A stretch of DNA of 64,000 nt, taken from the NCBI GenBank assembly GCA_001643675.2, contig LSRY02000037.1, forward strand, positions 682,001-746,000, in the 5' to 3' direction. This document shows positions 35,945 to 49,137 of this stretch, piece after piece. Position 1 is the first letter of the stretch, and every line of letters starts with the position of its first letter. The position numbers and the translations under genes are program-made. The stretch is from Monocercomonoides exilis PA203 (lineage: Eukaryota > Protista > Preaxostyla). The notes under the pieces were generated by a model. It had not been told where the DNA came from. It saw only the letters and a program-made list of their open reading frames with translations, and did no database searches.

Positions 35945-38900
35945 TTCCTTCGACTTTTTGCAAAGCACATCATTCGGAAGACATCAACATTTTTATCAAT
36001 CCAAATGAAAAGAATAATCGAGGCAGAGAAATAATAACAAATATGAATTCTCAAAACTATCTGGAAAATGCCTTTCCTCATACCATCCTTTTTATAAAAG
36101 TACTTTTGGAAAGGTATTGCAGAGTAAAAGAACGCTTATCCTCAGTTTGTTTGCTGTTATGGATTCTTTGATCGATAAATGATCTTTGAAAACGAATGGA
36201 AATTTTTTTCCCCAAGATGAGAGTTTGGCTATAAATATATCTTTTGGAATGTGGGATATTATTTTGCATGGTCGAACGAGACAGCAATGGCTGAGAATTG
36301 ATTTTGGAATTTAGAGAGACGATTTCATAAAAAACATCTTGGAAGGAAATTCAACTGTATTTTAAAAGTCAATTTTTTGCACGAATACATTTTTTTGTTG
36401 TTCTTGTTCATCTTTAAGATGATTCCATACTTGGTTTTCTCCGAGCGCAAGAATCTGATAAATAATATAATTGGTTATGCATTTGCTTTTCTGAGGAGAA
36501 TATCAGAAGAGCGCTGGATGCAGAGATGCAATCGGCAGACAGGAATTGCATACTTTTTGCGTTCATTTGGGAGAGTGGATGAATAACAAATTTGATTTCC
36601 AAGTTTTTGGATGAGAGCGAAAAGGAATGACAACAATTGGACAGTTATTGGAAAGAATAAAATTCGGAGATATTTTTTTCAGGAAAAAAAATGGATGAAA
36701 ACATAGAAAGAAGGATATTTAAGGAGAAAAAAGGATGATGGAGAAAGGAGCACAGGGAAACAATGGAAAAGGAGAATGGCAGCATCTGTGATTGAACAAT
36801 CTTCTGCATTTGCGATAGGGAGGGTGGATGTGTTCTTTTGAGGAATTTTTAAAATAAATGCAAAACTAATTATTTTTATGTATTTTTTAAGTCATTTTTC
36901 CATTCCAACCAACAGTATTTTTTTGTTGAGCTCCCTCCTCAGTGACAATCTATTTTAAGCAGTACTTTTGCGGGGAAAGAGTTTTCTTCCTAGCCTTTGC
37001 CATTCACCTTCCTCTGAAGAGTTCATCTGACTCATTTCATTTCATTCACGACAAACATCTTCTTCTTCCACATTTCTGTTCAACTTGTTTGATTGATGCG
37101 CTCCATCAAGCAAAACAGTTTTCATTTGATCAGACAACACACAACCATCTTTAATGATGTTTTTTGTTTCTTCGAAGAAACAGGTTCATTCCTTTCATCT
37201 GAGCACCCTCAATGAATGAAAGTGCAAAATCAACAGAACCAAGCCATGGACGAGTAATGATCGGTCGGCAGACGATAACCATATTTCAGACATGATGGAA
37301 CAAAACTCTGTCACAGAAGCACACAAAATGGATGAGTTGTTGGATGTTGAATGTGCGATTGCTCATTTGGAAGAGGAAAGATGAATTTGATGATGAGAAG
37401 AACAACGTGGAATGTTTGCATTGAAGAAAAGAGGAGAATGGGATGTTGAAAGAATGGAGATAGTTGTTTTGGATGGAACAAAGAGAAAGGGAGAATCTGA
37501 GATGAAGGCAGAAACGAGCTGAGAAAGAAGGAAGAAAAATAAGAGAATGTTATGAATGAAGAAATTTATTCGAAAAAAATGTCATATTTGCACTTCATTC
37601 AGACAGATTGACACAGGCTTCAACATTAACATTAACGTCTTCCTCTTCTTTTGCATCACTGTCTTCATTAAACAAAGTTTAAGTATTGTGATAAAATCTT
37701 CTTCTTCTTCCTCTGAAATTTGGGGGAACATTGTTATTCATTCCAAAATGTTCAAATGGGATTTTATCCTTCTGTTTGAAAGCAAACTTTGAAGAAGAAA
37801 GAAAAAAGACAAAGGAAATCCTTTTCTGTTTCTTCTCCTTCATTCAAATAGGACACTGAAAACAGATGAAATTCATATTTCTTTTCTCCTTCTTCATCAA
37901 CAACAATTGCTTCGAAAGGTTCTTCTCCTTCTCCTTCTCCTTCTTCTCCAACTTATTTGGATGATCAAACGAGGAAGGAAACAGAATCCCAAAAACAATT
38001 TGGTTAACAGGTTTCAAGAAATGCAAGCGAAGAAAGAGAAAGTGATGAGGATGATTGTCTGGAAAGCAGAGGAAGAAAAAGAAAGAAGTTGATGATGAGG
38101 AGAAATCCTTCAGACAATCATCAAAAAATGAAAGCAGAATTCAAGAAACACATCAAAAAAGACTTCTTTCTTTTGCTTCACCCAAAGCCTGCTCAACTTT
38201 CTTTCCATCACCATTGAAGAATCAGTTGTTGTTTATCGTGTCTTTTCAGTATGTTCAGCAACTGCAAAAGAGGATGATTTGACAAGAGATGATCTTTGAA
38301 GAGAAAACAAAGCTGAAGATGAAACATCCCGAGAGTGTCAGATGAGAAATGAGTGAAAAGACAGGCGTTTCTTCTTTCATTGAGTGTGCTATTTGTTGAC
38401 AAAATTAAAGGATTGAAGAGACATTCAAAAAGTGATATCCATTTATTCTCATCAGCCATTGGGATAAGATGTGGAAGCCATTGAAGTCTAACGAAGAGTT
38501 TCTTGTTTGCTCCAAAAAGAGAAAAGTGTGCGCAAAAGGAAGTATTCGGACAATAAATTTGAATTCACTTCTGCTCTCTTCATTCTTTTGGTTGAGGAGC
38601 AGAATTCTCTGATCCATTTCTTCTGGGTTTTTGATGAACAATTGTTTATGTTGTTGAATTGTTGCTCTTCCTGGATCCTTCTCATTGCACAGCTGCATTT
38701 GTGGTATTTCTCATCTGATCGTTATTCAATCAATGAAAAATGACTTTTTTGTGTTTAAAGCATTTGATCAAAACAAAAGAAAAATGTCTTCTTCATCCGT
38801 TGTTACTTTCCCACCTGTAGTTTGTCCTGCCATCCTTGATGTTGGAGATGTTATTCAAGAATAATCATAAATTGTTCATTTTGTGATGAAACCATTTTGC

Positions 38901-39511
38901 CATTGCTTTCTGCTGTTTGACTGATTTTTGATTCGAGTTGTCAATTCCTTTTCAATATTTGGTTTTTTTTTTTCATTCATAAATCCGATGAGTCATCTTG
39001 AATGAAAACTGAAAATTAAAAAATAAGAAAATGATCAAATAAAATTCATCAAGCATGCAATTATTTGTTTTCATTATTATCAATCTGAACATTGTTTGAA
39101 AACAGTCTAATAAGACTTTCCTTTCAAGAAATTTGATAGTTTTATTTCTTTTTCTTTTTGATGACAATAACCATATCTGCGTGATTGAAATATCCAATTT
39201 CACACCAATAAAAAACAAACTCACTTTGCAAAATGTGAAAGATAAACGAAATCTCTATCTTTTCACAAATATCTTTTGTTGGTTAGATCAAAAAGAAACA
39301 AAAGATTCTCATTTCTGGACTTATACATCCAATCCTTGAGGCTTCATTGCGCTCCGTTTTGCACTTCTTTTTATATAACAAAAACAATACAGTTTGTATT
39401 GCGAATTATTATATTTTGCAAGATAACCAACGATGTTTGGATTTATCTTTTATTTTTTTTTATTTACCAGGCTTTGCCCTTCTTTTTGAATATTTTTTTG
39501 GAATAAACAGA

Positions 39512-40937
39512 ATGAGTTTGCCAAATGATGATAAATGTGAAAAAGGAGTTCAGGCTATGACCAGAACTGAGAAATTTTCAAGTTTGCCATTTTATTTTGA
39601 TTTAACAATTTTGAACAAAATTTTTGCTTATTTGAATTCGATTTGCAGAAATGCTCCATGAGATTAAGCGTTGCTGAGAAGATGAGAAAATGCAGAAAAC
39701 AAAGGTGTTGAATGGATTAATTGATGAAATGGATTATAAAGAATTCAAATCAGTTTTCACAAAGGAACTTTTCAATAAAATTCACCAAATGATTGAAGAA
39801 AAGACGTTACCATTGGAAAAAGCAATCTTGTTGTTGAAGCATGTTGGATATTGCAAAATGTTGAAATACTTTTATGAATTTGTAAATGATTATTCTTCTT
39901 TGAATGATCGATTTCAGGAAATGATCATTGAAGAAGAAGAGAAAAAAGAAGAAAAGAACGAAAGACTTTTGGTTGATCTTTGCGAATGTTTCACTTTGCT
40001 GAATTTCCACATCCTTTCAGATGAATTGACACCAATTTGTGTGCCTTGCCTTCTGAAAGTTGCGTTGAAGAAAGAGGAAAACGAGGAAACACAAAAAGAA
40101 GTGGAAATGGCTTTATTGTGTTTAAGTTGCATTGATGATGGAACTGTATGAGCATTTCTATTTCCTTTTTGACATTATTGATTTTTTCCCTCTTTTTTTA
40201 ACAAGAAAATTGAACAAAAACTGTATTTGAATGAGATAACTGAAATTATAAAATATCACCAGGAACATCAGAATCTGACGCGACTTGCCTATCGGTCTGC
40301 TTGGATGTTTTTAACAATAGGCTTTTTCAGCGACGAAAGCTTGGAAGAACTGATTACGAATGAACTACATTTTGCTAGAGAAGCAAGAAGAGAAATCGAA
40401 GAACTGAAAAGAAATGTGGATTGGAAGAGAAAAAAGGTGGGAAAAGAAACAGAAGTGAAAGAAGTGCTTTTTATCAAGAGATGGATCAGTGTGATTTGGG
40501 AGTTCTTGTACTCAAACACATTGTGGAACGAAGAATGTGAAGGACTCATCGACTGCATCGTGAAATTATTTCTAGCATCAAGGGACAACCACAAAGATAT
40601 TCTCAATGGATGCCTCGGGTTGCTTCGAAATGCATCAGAAAAGAGGAATATGGAAATTGATGCTTTTGTGAAGAAAGGTGTAATAGATCTATTTTTGGAG
40701 CAAATGAAACAATCAACTTTGGATGATGAAATTATGTGGAAATGTTTGTATTTCTTTTTTAATATTTCATGGCGATTGAAAGAAAAGAAGGATGATGAAA
40801 AGGAAAAGGAGGAAAGAAAAGAATTGAAAAGAAAGATATTTGAAAGGTTTGAGGAAGAAGGATACGATGATTTCATCACAAGTTTTCGTAAAATGTTTGA
40901 GACATTCAGCATAAATAATGTATTGGGTGATTTATAA
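39512..40937 (+). pseudogene. Inverted paralog of the 34537-35944 gene; introns 39582-39648 and 40146-40205
   Basis: Same exon structure. 39824-40880 is the reverse complement of 34621-35677. In-frame TGA at 39675. Confidence 0.75.
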
Positions 40938-41240
40938 ACCCGAACTTTTTTATTATTTTGGTTAGAAATAAAAAAAAATTTTTTTTCAAGCTCTCATATT
41001 TTGATAATAAAAATTGAAATGATTAATAATATATATAATCAACAAGTTCTCTTTTCACAATTTTTCAAGAATTTTTCTGCTTTGATTCATCATTCAAAAT
41101 GTGAGATTTGCTAAATCTTTTTTTTTTGGTCTTTATGGTGCGAAAAAAATTTTTTCTTCTATTTTCATCATTGTTATTATTTCTTCTTTTTTTCTTCTTT
41201 CATTTCCTTTTTATTTTTCCATTCTTCAAGAAATTTTTGT

Positions 41241-41760
41241 TCAGCAATAATTATTCCAAAAAAAATCAAACCAATGTGTTCTCTTTTTCATTGTAACTGA
41301 AGGTTCCTTTGGAAGTGTTGATAGTACTGAATGCCACTCGTTTGAAAGCACGACGCTTTTCTTGAACGATGAAACAACAGTTGCAGGAAGTAATGCTGTC
41401 TGAAGAGCTTGTGGAAGAACGTTGGAGATGGCTTCACGTCGAAAAGAAATGGAAGAATCTGGAGGCACAGAATTCAGAGAGTTGAGGCATTTCTTGAAGA
41501 CTGCAAACACACCACGATCAAGAGGTTGTGTGATGTGTAAATTGTGAGAAAAAAAAGTGTCTTCATCAATGTTGTCATCGGTGAATTTCTGCCAGACATC
41601 TGACTGAGCCTGAGAAGAATAAGAACCCAAAAGAAGAAGACATCTTTCATGGTTCTTCATTAAAACATCCCTTCTTTCGATGATTCCAGCTAATAAAACC
41701 TCTTCTGCATATCTTTTTAAATTGCATTCTGTCATCCATCCATCGTTGTTATCCAAAACA
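41241..41760 (-). pseudogene. pogo/Tigger-type (DDE_1) transposase C-terminal relic
   Basis: GWMTECNLKRY...LLLLGSYSSQ...SHNLHITQPLDRGVFAVFKK resembles the GWM, LLLLDGHSSH and PPH.THLLQPLD.GVF..FK motifs. The second catalytic Asp is lost and the N-terminus is missing. Confidence 0.75.
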
Positions 41761-41761
41761 T

Positions 41762-42015
41762 GGGAGATTTTTTTTGAAATCATTAAAAAAGATCAAAAAT
41801 CGAAAAAATTAAATCTATTGCGGTTTTCATTGATCAAAGAGTTTTTTTTTATTTATTACAAGTATTTAGCTTTAATTTCTGTAATATATATTTGCTTTAT
41901 TTATTTATGCAAAAAAACACACCTTTTTTTTCACTTTTCGGGTAAAAAATTTTTTATGATCAAGTTTCAAAAAAAAAATGAAAAATCAATCTTTTAAAGG
42001 AAAATAGAAATTTCA
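41762..42015 (+). repeat. Second copy of the dispersed GGG(T/A)GATTTTTTTTGA repeat
   Basis: Aligns with 6267-6525. Confidence 0.7.
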
Positions 42016-42184
42016 TAATTGGTAAAACAAAATATTGCAAAGAAAAAGTTTTCAAAGAAGACTATAAAAGAAAAAAAGAAAACAAAATTGTTGATTTTTA
42101 TTGATCAAAAACAGTTAATTTTCTTTTTTTTTCCCCTCACCTTTGTATAACCAACAAATCTCCATTCCTTTTATTCGATTCCAC

Positions 42185-42465
42185 AGCTATCAAACGTTAA
42201 ACGAAATTGTGGAACATTGGATAAAGCCAAGTTCAACAGCTAACTTTCCCTCGTTGCCCAGAATAAAATCGATCCCAGCAATGGAACTGAAACTGATGCA
42301 TGTGGTAGACCCCAACAGACCCCATGTGCCACCATCGAGTATGCCCTCACTGACTTCATTTCCCTCCTCCAAGACGCCTCTCTCACCCACCTCAGCTCAA
42401 CATTTGTTCCAACTCAAACACTCACTTTCAGCGAAGTTGATACAAAAATCATTGATAACGATGAA
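42185..42465 (+). pseudogene. Short fragment of the surface protein family
   Basis: AATGGAACTGAAACTGATGCATGTGGTAGACCCCAACAGACCCCATGTGCCACCATCGAGTATGCCCTC reads NGTETDACGRPQQTPCATIEYAL, matching GGTDVDACGRPQQTPCATVEYAL in 54351-56324(-). Confidence 0.7.
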
Positions 42466-43099
42466 CTTTATCTGATCCTCAAATTAATTCTTTCGTTTTT
42501 CATATCATTGAAAAATTCATGATCTTTCATCGCTTCTTCAACAGGAGTGTATATCACTTAATTTTACCAAAATACTTAACGTCAGCTCAAATATAAATAT
42601 TTCTTCGATATTTCCTCTTCTAATTTCTCCTTTTCATCAAATACAAATTCCGCTTGTTGCTTTAAGGAATCATCTGCTTCCCTTTCTTCAATCATATCAG
42701 AAAGTTCTTCAAAAACATTAATTTCCTCAACATTCCGATTTCAATATGCTTGTATCCAATTAGCGCTAGAGGCTCATATTATTTCTCTTCAAATATGCCT
42801 TTTCCTCTTAATCAGTTTCCCTCATCCTTTCATTTCCAACAATCCACGTGGTTTTGATGTTGTGAAATCTACAAATGTATATTTTTGGAACCTAGCCTCA
42901 TTGACATTTCCTTTTCACTTCGAATGCTTCAGCCTCCAAATGAAAAAGTCAGAATTGATTCAGATGTTGATAACTTGCAGACTTTTCTTTGCTTTATGGA
43001 GAATCGTTTCAGTTGACATATAACTTAAGCTGATGAATCATCGAGAATAAATAATTATCTGTGCTTCTGAATGGGAATGAAAGACAAGGCCTGGAGCTG

Positions 43100-45480
43100 A
43101 ATTTAACGGGAGTTAAATGAAAGAGAAAGAGACGAAGATAGAGCGGGCAGTGTAAGTGGTGAAAGTGAGCCAGGAGCAGCAAGATTAGAAGAAGATGGAT
43201 GAACAGCTTGAGATAAAAGGAAGAGAGATAAAGATGTTCTGAGAGAAGGAGAAGATTGTTGGTGAATGTTCATAAACAAGGACGAATTGACAAACGAAGA
43301 AGTACAATGAGAAAGAGGATGAAGAGCAATGTTTGAATTTGCGTCAAATTCTGCAGTTGAATCAAAGGGCGCTTCCAAATTGAGTGAAGGACATTTCTGC
43401 ATCAGATCCATCGCCAATGAATTCTGCGAAGTGAGAAAAGATACCAATATTGAGAAGGACAGCTCATCTCTTAGTCCAGGCACGCTGCTCTGGATGAATG
43501 TTCTTTTCCCTTTCTCCTTCTGAAACAGCAGAGCTGATCCTTTCCCTACTCCTTTCCTTCCCTTTCTGTGTGTCGTCTCTGCTTTCTCTTTGTACGGCCA
43601 CCAGCCCCGCAACATCATCCCTCTTCCTCTTCGCAGCTCCGCTAGGCTCTTGCTCAGCCCGCCCTTCAGCGCGCTCATCAGATCCAGACTTGCTCTCGTC
43701 TGCCTCGCAATGACTTTTGCATAAACAGGCACTTTTCGCATCTTTCACACAAATTGCCCGTTTTCCTCGCTTTTAATACGCACATAACGGCAAGGCACAT
43801 CCGGTTCATCGCTCAAATCTTCCAGGTCAGAATTCGCTAAATCATTCAGCATGCAGTCCAATTTCCGCTCTCTTGTCAATATTGGCATTTGGCTTTCTTT
43901 CGCCTCTTGTTGAGCCTCGCTGGTCATTTTGTTCTCTTTCTGGTTGGTCGGTGTTCCTGTCTCAAGGTGTGGTTGTAGTATTCTTTGGATGCTGCTAAAC
44001 AGATTCTTGTCTTTTTCCTCTATCTTCTTCGCCATTTTCTCCATTTTCCTGCGCTCTCGCTCTTCTTTCTTCTTTCGCCTCCTCTCTTTCTCTTCTTTCT
44101 CCTTCTTCTTCTTCTGTATTTCCTGCAGTTTCATCAGCCGAAGCAGTTTTTCTCTCTGATCATCAGATTCCAATGAATTAAATGTGATCTTCGCATCTTC
44201 ATCGTCCACTTTCCCTTTCTCGTTCTGAAACTCATCTTGCATCGCCCTTGTCACTTCTTTATTCAAATCCGTCATCCCCATTCTCACCCAACGTAACTCC
44301 TCCTTCTCCAACAACAGGAGACAGCGATATCGATAGTGCACCTTTCACGCCAATCCCCATATACATCTCTTTGCTGTTCACAATCAACTCCCTCCTTCCA
44401 ACACCCCTCTATCATCAGTCCATTCGCTTTCCTCGTATAAAGAACATCGTTCCAAAGGCGCCTCTTCCTGAACTATATTGCTTAACTGGTGGAGAAGGAG
44501 AAGGAGAAGGTGGGGGAGAGAGAGTTGTTGTTGTGTTCTGTTGTTGTGGTTGTTGCTGCTGTTTTTGCTGCTTTTCCGATGAAAAAGGCTCGGACTTTGG
44601 CTCATTGGAACGTATTTCGTCTTTTCTGCCGTTTCTTATTGATTCTTTGGTATTTGTATTCTTTTCTGCTTCCGTTTGATTATCTTTGCTTTTCAAACAA
44701 CTTCTTTGAGGTTGTTCATTGAATCCTCCAAAATCACTTTTTGATTTTCGTCTTTTCCTTCATCTGCATTGCCTTCAACTTCTTCCTTGTTTCCATTTTC
44801 ATTCAAAGAATTATTCCCTTATTTCTCTTCTTTTCTGTCTTCTTTGCCATCTTCCTCACTTTTTGCAGCATTTTCATTTATTCCTGGTCTTTTAATCGAC
44901 TCGTCAATCGGTGTCGGAGAAAGCAGCAAGTTTGGTCTGACCATCAAAAGCACTTCATTCACAACAGAATCACGTTGATGCTCAAGCGCCTGATAATACC
45001 TTCGCATCAACCTCTGTTTCTCTCTCTGTTTGTGTCTCTTCTCTCTTCGCTCTTCTTCATCACTGATGATGAAGCTGTCGGAAAGGCATTCTTTTTCTCC
45101 TTTTTTCTTCGATTCCTTCAAAGAATTTCTTCTCATCAATGATAAACTCTCGTTTTCTTCTGTTTTAACTTAATTTTCATTTTCTTCATCATTGTTATTT
45201 TCATCATTTGCAGATTTCAATGCCTTTCTCATCTTGATCAGTTCTCTAATCCCACTTTCCTCTCTTCTCTCGTTTTTTGTTTCTCTCTTTCTTCCTTTTC
45301 TCCAAATTTTCCGAATATCGCTTCACCATCCGAAACTCTGCAAACAGTGGCAGCGCCTCAAAAATGTCCCGATGTGGAACAAAATATTGTCTTTTCTTTC
45401 TTCTTCCGAACTGCAATCTCATCCTCCTCATCTGCTACTCTTCTCCTGTCAGAAATCTGTTTCTAGAAGAGCGAAGCAAC

Positions 45481-45527
<47 letters not shown>

Positions 45528-46520
45528 ACGTGAGGCACCAGAAGCAGCAGCCAATTGTGCACAGCGGTTGAGATAGCGTCTGCGGAGGAGAGGATGCATT
45601 GCTCTTATGCGGCGAGCCATTGCAATTTCAGAACAATGAGGTGGTTTGGGTGCAGAGAGAGGTCAGTTACTGCAGTAACAGAAGAAGAAGAAGAGGAGGA
45701 GGAGGAAGAGGAAGAAGATGAAGGAGAGGGAGAAGGAGATGACTGAGGAAGAGAAAGAAAAGATTCATTCGGCAATGAAGAAGGAGATGTGCCTGTTGAT
45801 GTGCCAACGCCAGCAATTGAATGAGTCAAAAAGGTTTGCGTTGAATTTTGATTGCTTTTTCTCTGTCTTTGTCTTCGAGGCACATAAGACGGATTCTGAA
45901 GAGTTGCTTCTTGTAGCGGAAGGATCACAGGAAGAGGCAGACGTGGTGCATGTTTTCTTTTGAAGTCTTCGATGATTTCGTCGATTTCTGCTTTTTCTGC
46001 TCTTTCTTGTGATGAATTCACTTCTGACTGTTCGGATGAAGAGGAAGATGAAGAAAAATGTGATGATGATGATGATTTCTGTATTGATGTCAATGATAAT
46101 GCTTATTTCTTTGACTATGCCTGTTCCGTTTCATTTGTCTGTTTCTATCTCATAAGCATTCACACACCGGAAACACATATTCTTCTGTCAAATCGTCAGT
46201 CATTGGAATAATCTGCAACCAAATGCCGAAGGCTCTCGTTTTCGCTGATTGGAGCTGAGGAGTGGCAGAAGCGATGATTTGATGCAAGAGCAGCTTCAGA
46301 ACAGAATTTGGTAAAGAAGAAAAAGCAGAAGAAGAAAGTGATGATGTTTCATCTGCATTGCTTCGTAAACATCTCTTTTTCTTCATCTTCAGTCTTTTCA
46401 ATTTCTCTTCCTTCTTTTTCACTTTTTCTCTCTCCTTCTCTCTTCCTCCTTCTTTCTCTAAATAACCTCCATATCATTAATGAATTTCTCATTTGGGAAC
46501 AATAATTTCTTCAACTCATC
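43100..46520 (-). pseudogene. Fragmented low-complexity hypothetical gene
   Basis: Chain of minus-strand ORFs (45605-46093, 44819-45139, 44415-44696, 43745-44341, 43103-43741) with consistent E/K/S-rich composition. No recognisable domain. Confidence 0.4.
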
Positions 46521-46589
46521 ATCCGACGCTGCTGTTAGCTATATAAAATAAATGATGCAAAAGACTCCAATTTTCTGTCTATTGTCTTT

Positions 46590-48540
46590 TTGTTAATAAA
46601 TACCTGTACTTGAAACGCCCAGCAGCGGTGGTGCAAAGTTTGGAGAGAGGAAGGAAGAGACGACGTCATTGATTAAGGAATGCGCTTCAGGCGTGAAAAC
46701 ATATAAATACGATGGGAAGAATTGAGCGATCTGTTCAGTGATGTACTTTTGGTGGAAGGAGGTTCTTGTAAAAGAAGAAGAACGTTGGGATGAGTTGGAA
46801 GATGTTGAAGATCTGCAAGAATCCACATATTGATGGCTCGTGGCAGCTCTGGTTGTGCTTGTGATGTTACACAAAAAAGATGTTCTATCTGTCGAGGATA
46901 TTTGAGGAAAGAGAGCATTTGATGGAAGCTGAAATCATTTATTGAGGCAAAGTGAGAAAGAAGAGAGGAGGAGAAGGAGATCTGTGGTGTTTGAATGGAG
47001 TGTCATTCACAGAAGATAAGGAGTGACATTGAAAGAGGAGAACTTTTATTGGAAAGAGGAGATAATTCCTGCTTTTTGAGAAGCGCACATGACTTACTCG
47101 ATCATGGAAACCACAATGCTGTTTGTGTATGACTGATTTGAGAAGGAAGAAGAAGAAGGCATTGATGACGAAGAGAAGAAATGTTTAGTGGTCTGTGAGA
47201 AGAGGAAGTCTCGTTTCATGTGGAATGAACAGTCAGCTGCAACACAGTGACAATAGTAGAAGCCAAATGCGCAGAAGAGGGTTCCCGGTTCATTCTTTTT
47301 CATCAGCTCTGACTCCAATGATGGTAGAAATGATGTGAAGCGGTTGTGGTTTAGACACAGTGCTCAAACTTAGAAAAAGAATCTGTATTAAAAAACATGA
47401 AAAGGGATAGTTCATATGTTTATGTATCAATTAATTGAAAAAAATTAAAATAAGAGTTTGAAAAAGTTAAAAATAGAAAAAAAGTGATATGATAAAAACA
47501 ATAATAACAATAATCGAAAAAAATTACAAACCTTATTAAATGATGAATTGCTCTTTCATCTCTTCTAGATCAAAATATATTGGTAAATGATTGTGCGAGC
47601 ACAATCTGACTGGAAAGATTGGGTGAATAGATGATTTCTATGCAGATGTGGCCCAAACAAAAAATTCGATGAAGATTGTAAATAAGCACATTCATAAAAT
47701 GACCGATTCGATCAACTCACAAGAAAATGAGGAAGTTCATAACAAATGATGGAAAAAAGTTCTGAAAATTTCAAAAATTGAAAAAAATATATGTAAAAAT
47801 AAATACATAATAATTCTTTGTTATAATAAAAGGAAAATTTTAACATACCACATTGCTTCAAATCTTCACCATTGCATAAGTCGATCTGTTTGAAATTTTT
47901 TTCTTTTCTTTAATCAAGCTCAAAATATTTTGCCTTCTTCTTTTCTGCTTTCCTGACCTCCCTCTCCTTCGAGAATCCAGGTAATATTGAATGAAAAAAA
48001 CTAAAATTTGCCGAAAATAGCTGTATTCACTTGCTGGTCCACAAAGTTTGCTGCTCTGGGCGCATCAAGCTTCGCCTCTTCAAATACCTCCTCTTCAAGT
48101 TATATGCACTGCGTCTGCTCCACAATCACAATCTCATTCGGCCGGTGATCTTCTCCTTCTCCAGTGCATCTTCCACACACTATGACAATTTGAACATATC
48201 CAAAGTTGACATGTTGAGCCCTTGGATATAACCATTGCCGCCCCTTTCTCCACTGCTTCCACTACATTAATCTGAATTAACAATGTGTAATGTCCAAAAT
48301 TTGACCCCATAAAACTGCCGCACTCTCTTCCATTGTATTTGTACAGGATGTGCGGAAAGTAGAACTTGCGAAAGAATTATACAGTGGGATGCGTCCGAAA
48401 AAGCGTGTCGTTCGTCTCTCGCTTTTCATCCACTAATATTCGTTAATATTCGCTTCAGAGTTTGTGTCCAATGCATAGAACAGATTGCCATACGTGCCCT
48501 GTGCTGCATACGAAATTAACAGCAAGCATTTGACGTTAAC
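46590..48540 (-). pseudogene. Degenerate paralog of 8150-10660
   Basis: Collinear nucleotide similarity, for example CAAACCTTATTAAATGA at about 9613 and 47527, and CAGGATGTGCGGAAA at about 10456 and 48344. Confidence 0.55.
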
Positions 48541-48712
48541 GAGTTGAATCACAAAAAAATACTCATTAAAAAAAAGAATCGCTTTCAGATAAATTTCTGA
48601 ATGTGGATTTTATATTTTACCATTTTAATTGATATTCCATTCGCGGGCTGACACATTTTTGATGAAAATTATCGCACTGGTTGCAATTATTTTCATGTTT
48701 TTAATTGAAAAA

Positions 48713-49137
48713 AATGTGAATATGGTTTTTCATTTCAAAAATTGCATTGATCAATTGTTAAAAAAACTCATTCCTAAATTGCACATATAATTATTATGAC
48801 TCGGAAAAATACAATAAACAAGAGAATTATTGCATTTTCCTGAAAATGTGCGAAATATAAAGTCTCGATCACAAAAGTGGTCACTAATTTTTCTTCAGAT
48901 TTCCACACAGTTCGCTTCCCCACATCTTTTAATGACTGTTTGTTGCAAAATCTGAAGAAAAATTAGTGACCACTTTTGTGATCGAGACTTTATATTTCGC
49001 ACATTTTCAGGAAAATGCAATAATTCTCTTGTTTATTGTATTTTTCCGAGTCATAATAATTATATGTGCAATTTAGGAATGAGTTTTTTTAACAATTGAT
49101 CAATGCAATTTTTGAAATGAAAAACCATATTCACATT
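48713..49137. repeat. Foldback/hairpin: 190-bp perfect arms, 45-bp loop
   Basis: 48713-48902 is the reverse complement of 48948-49137. No target-site duplication is evident. Confidence 0.92.
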
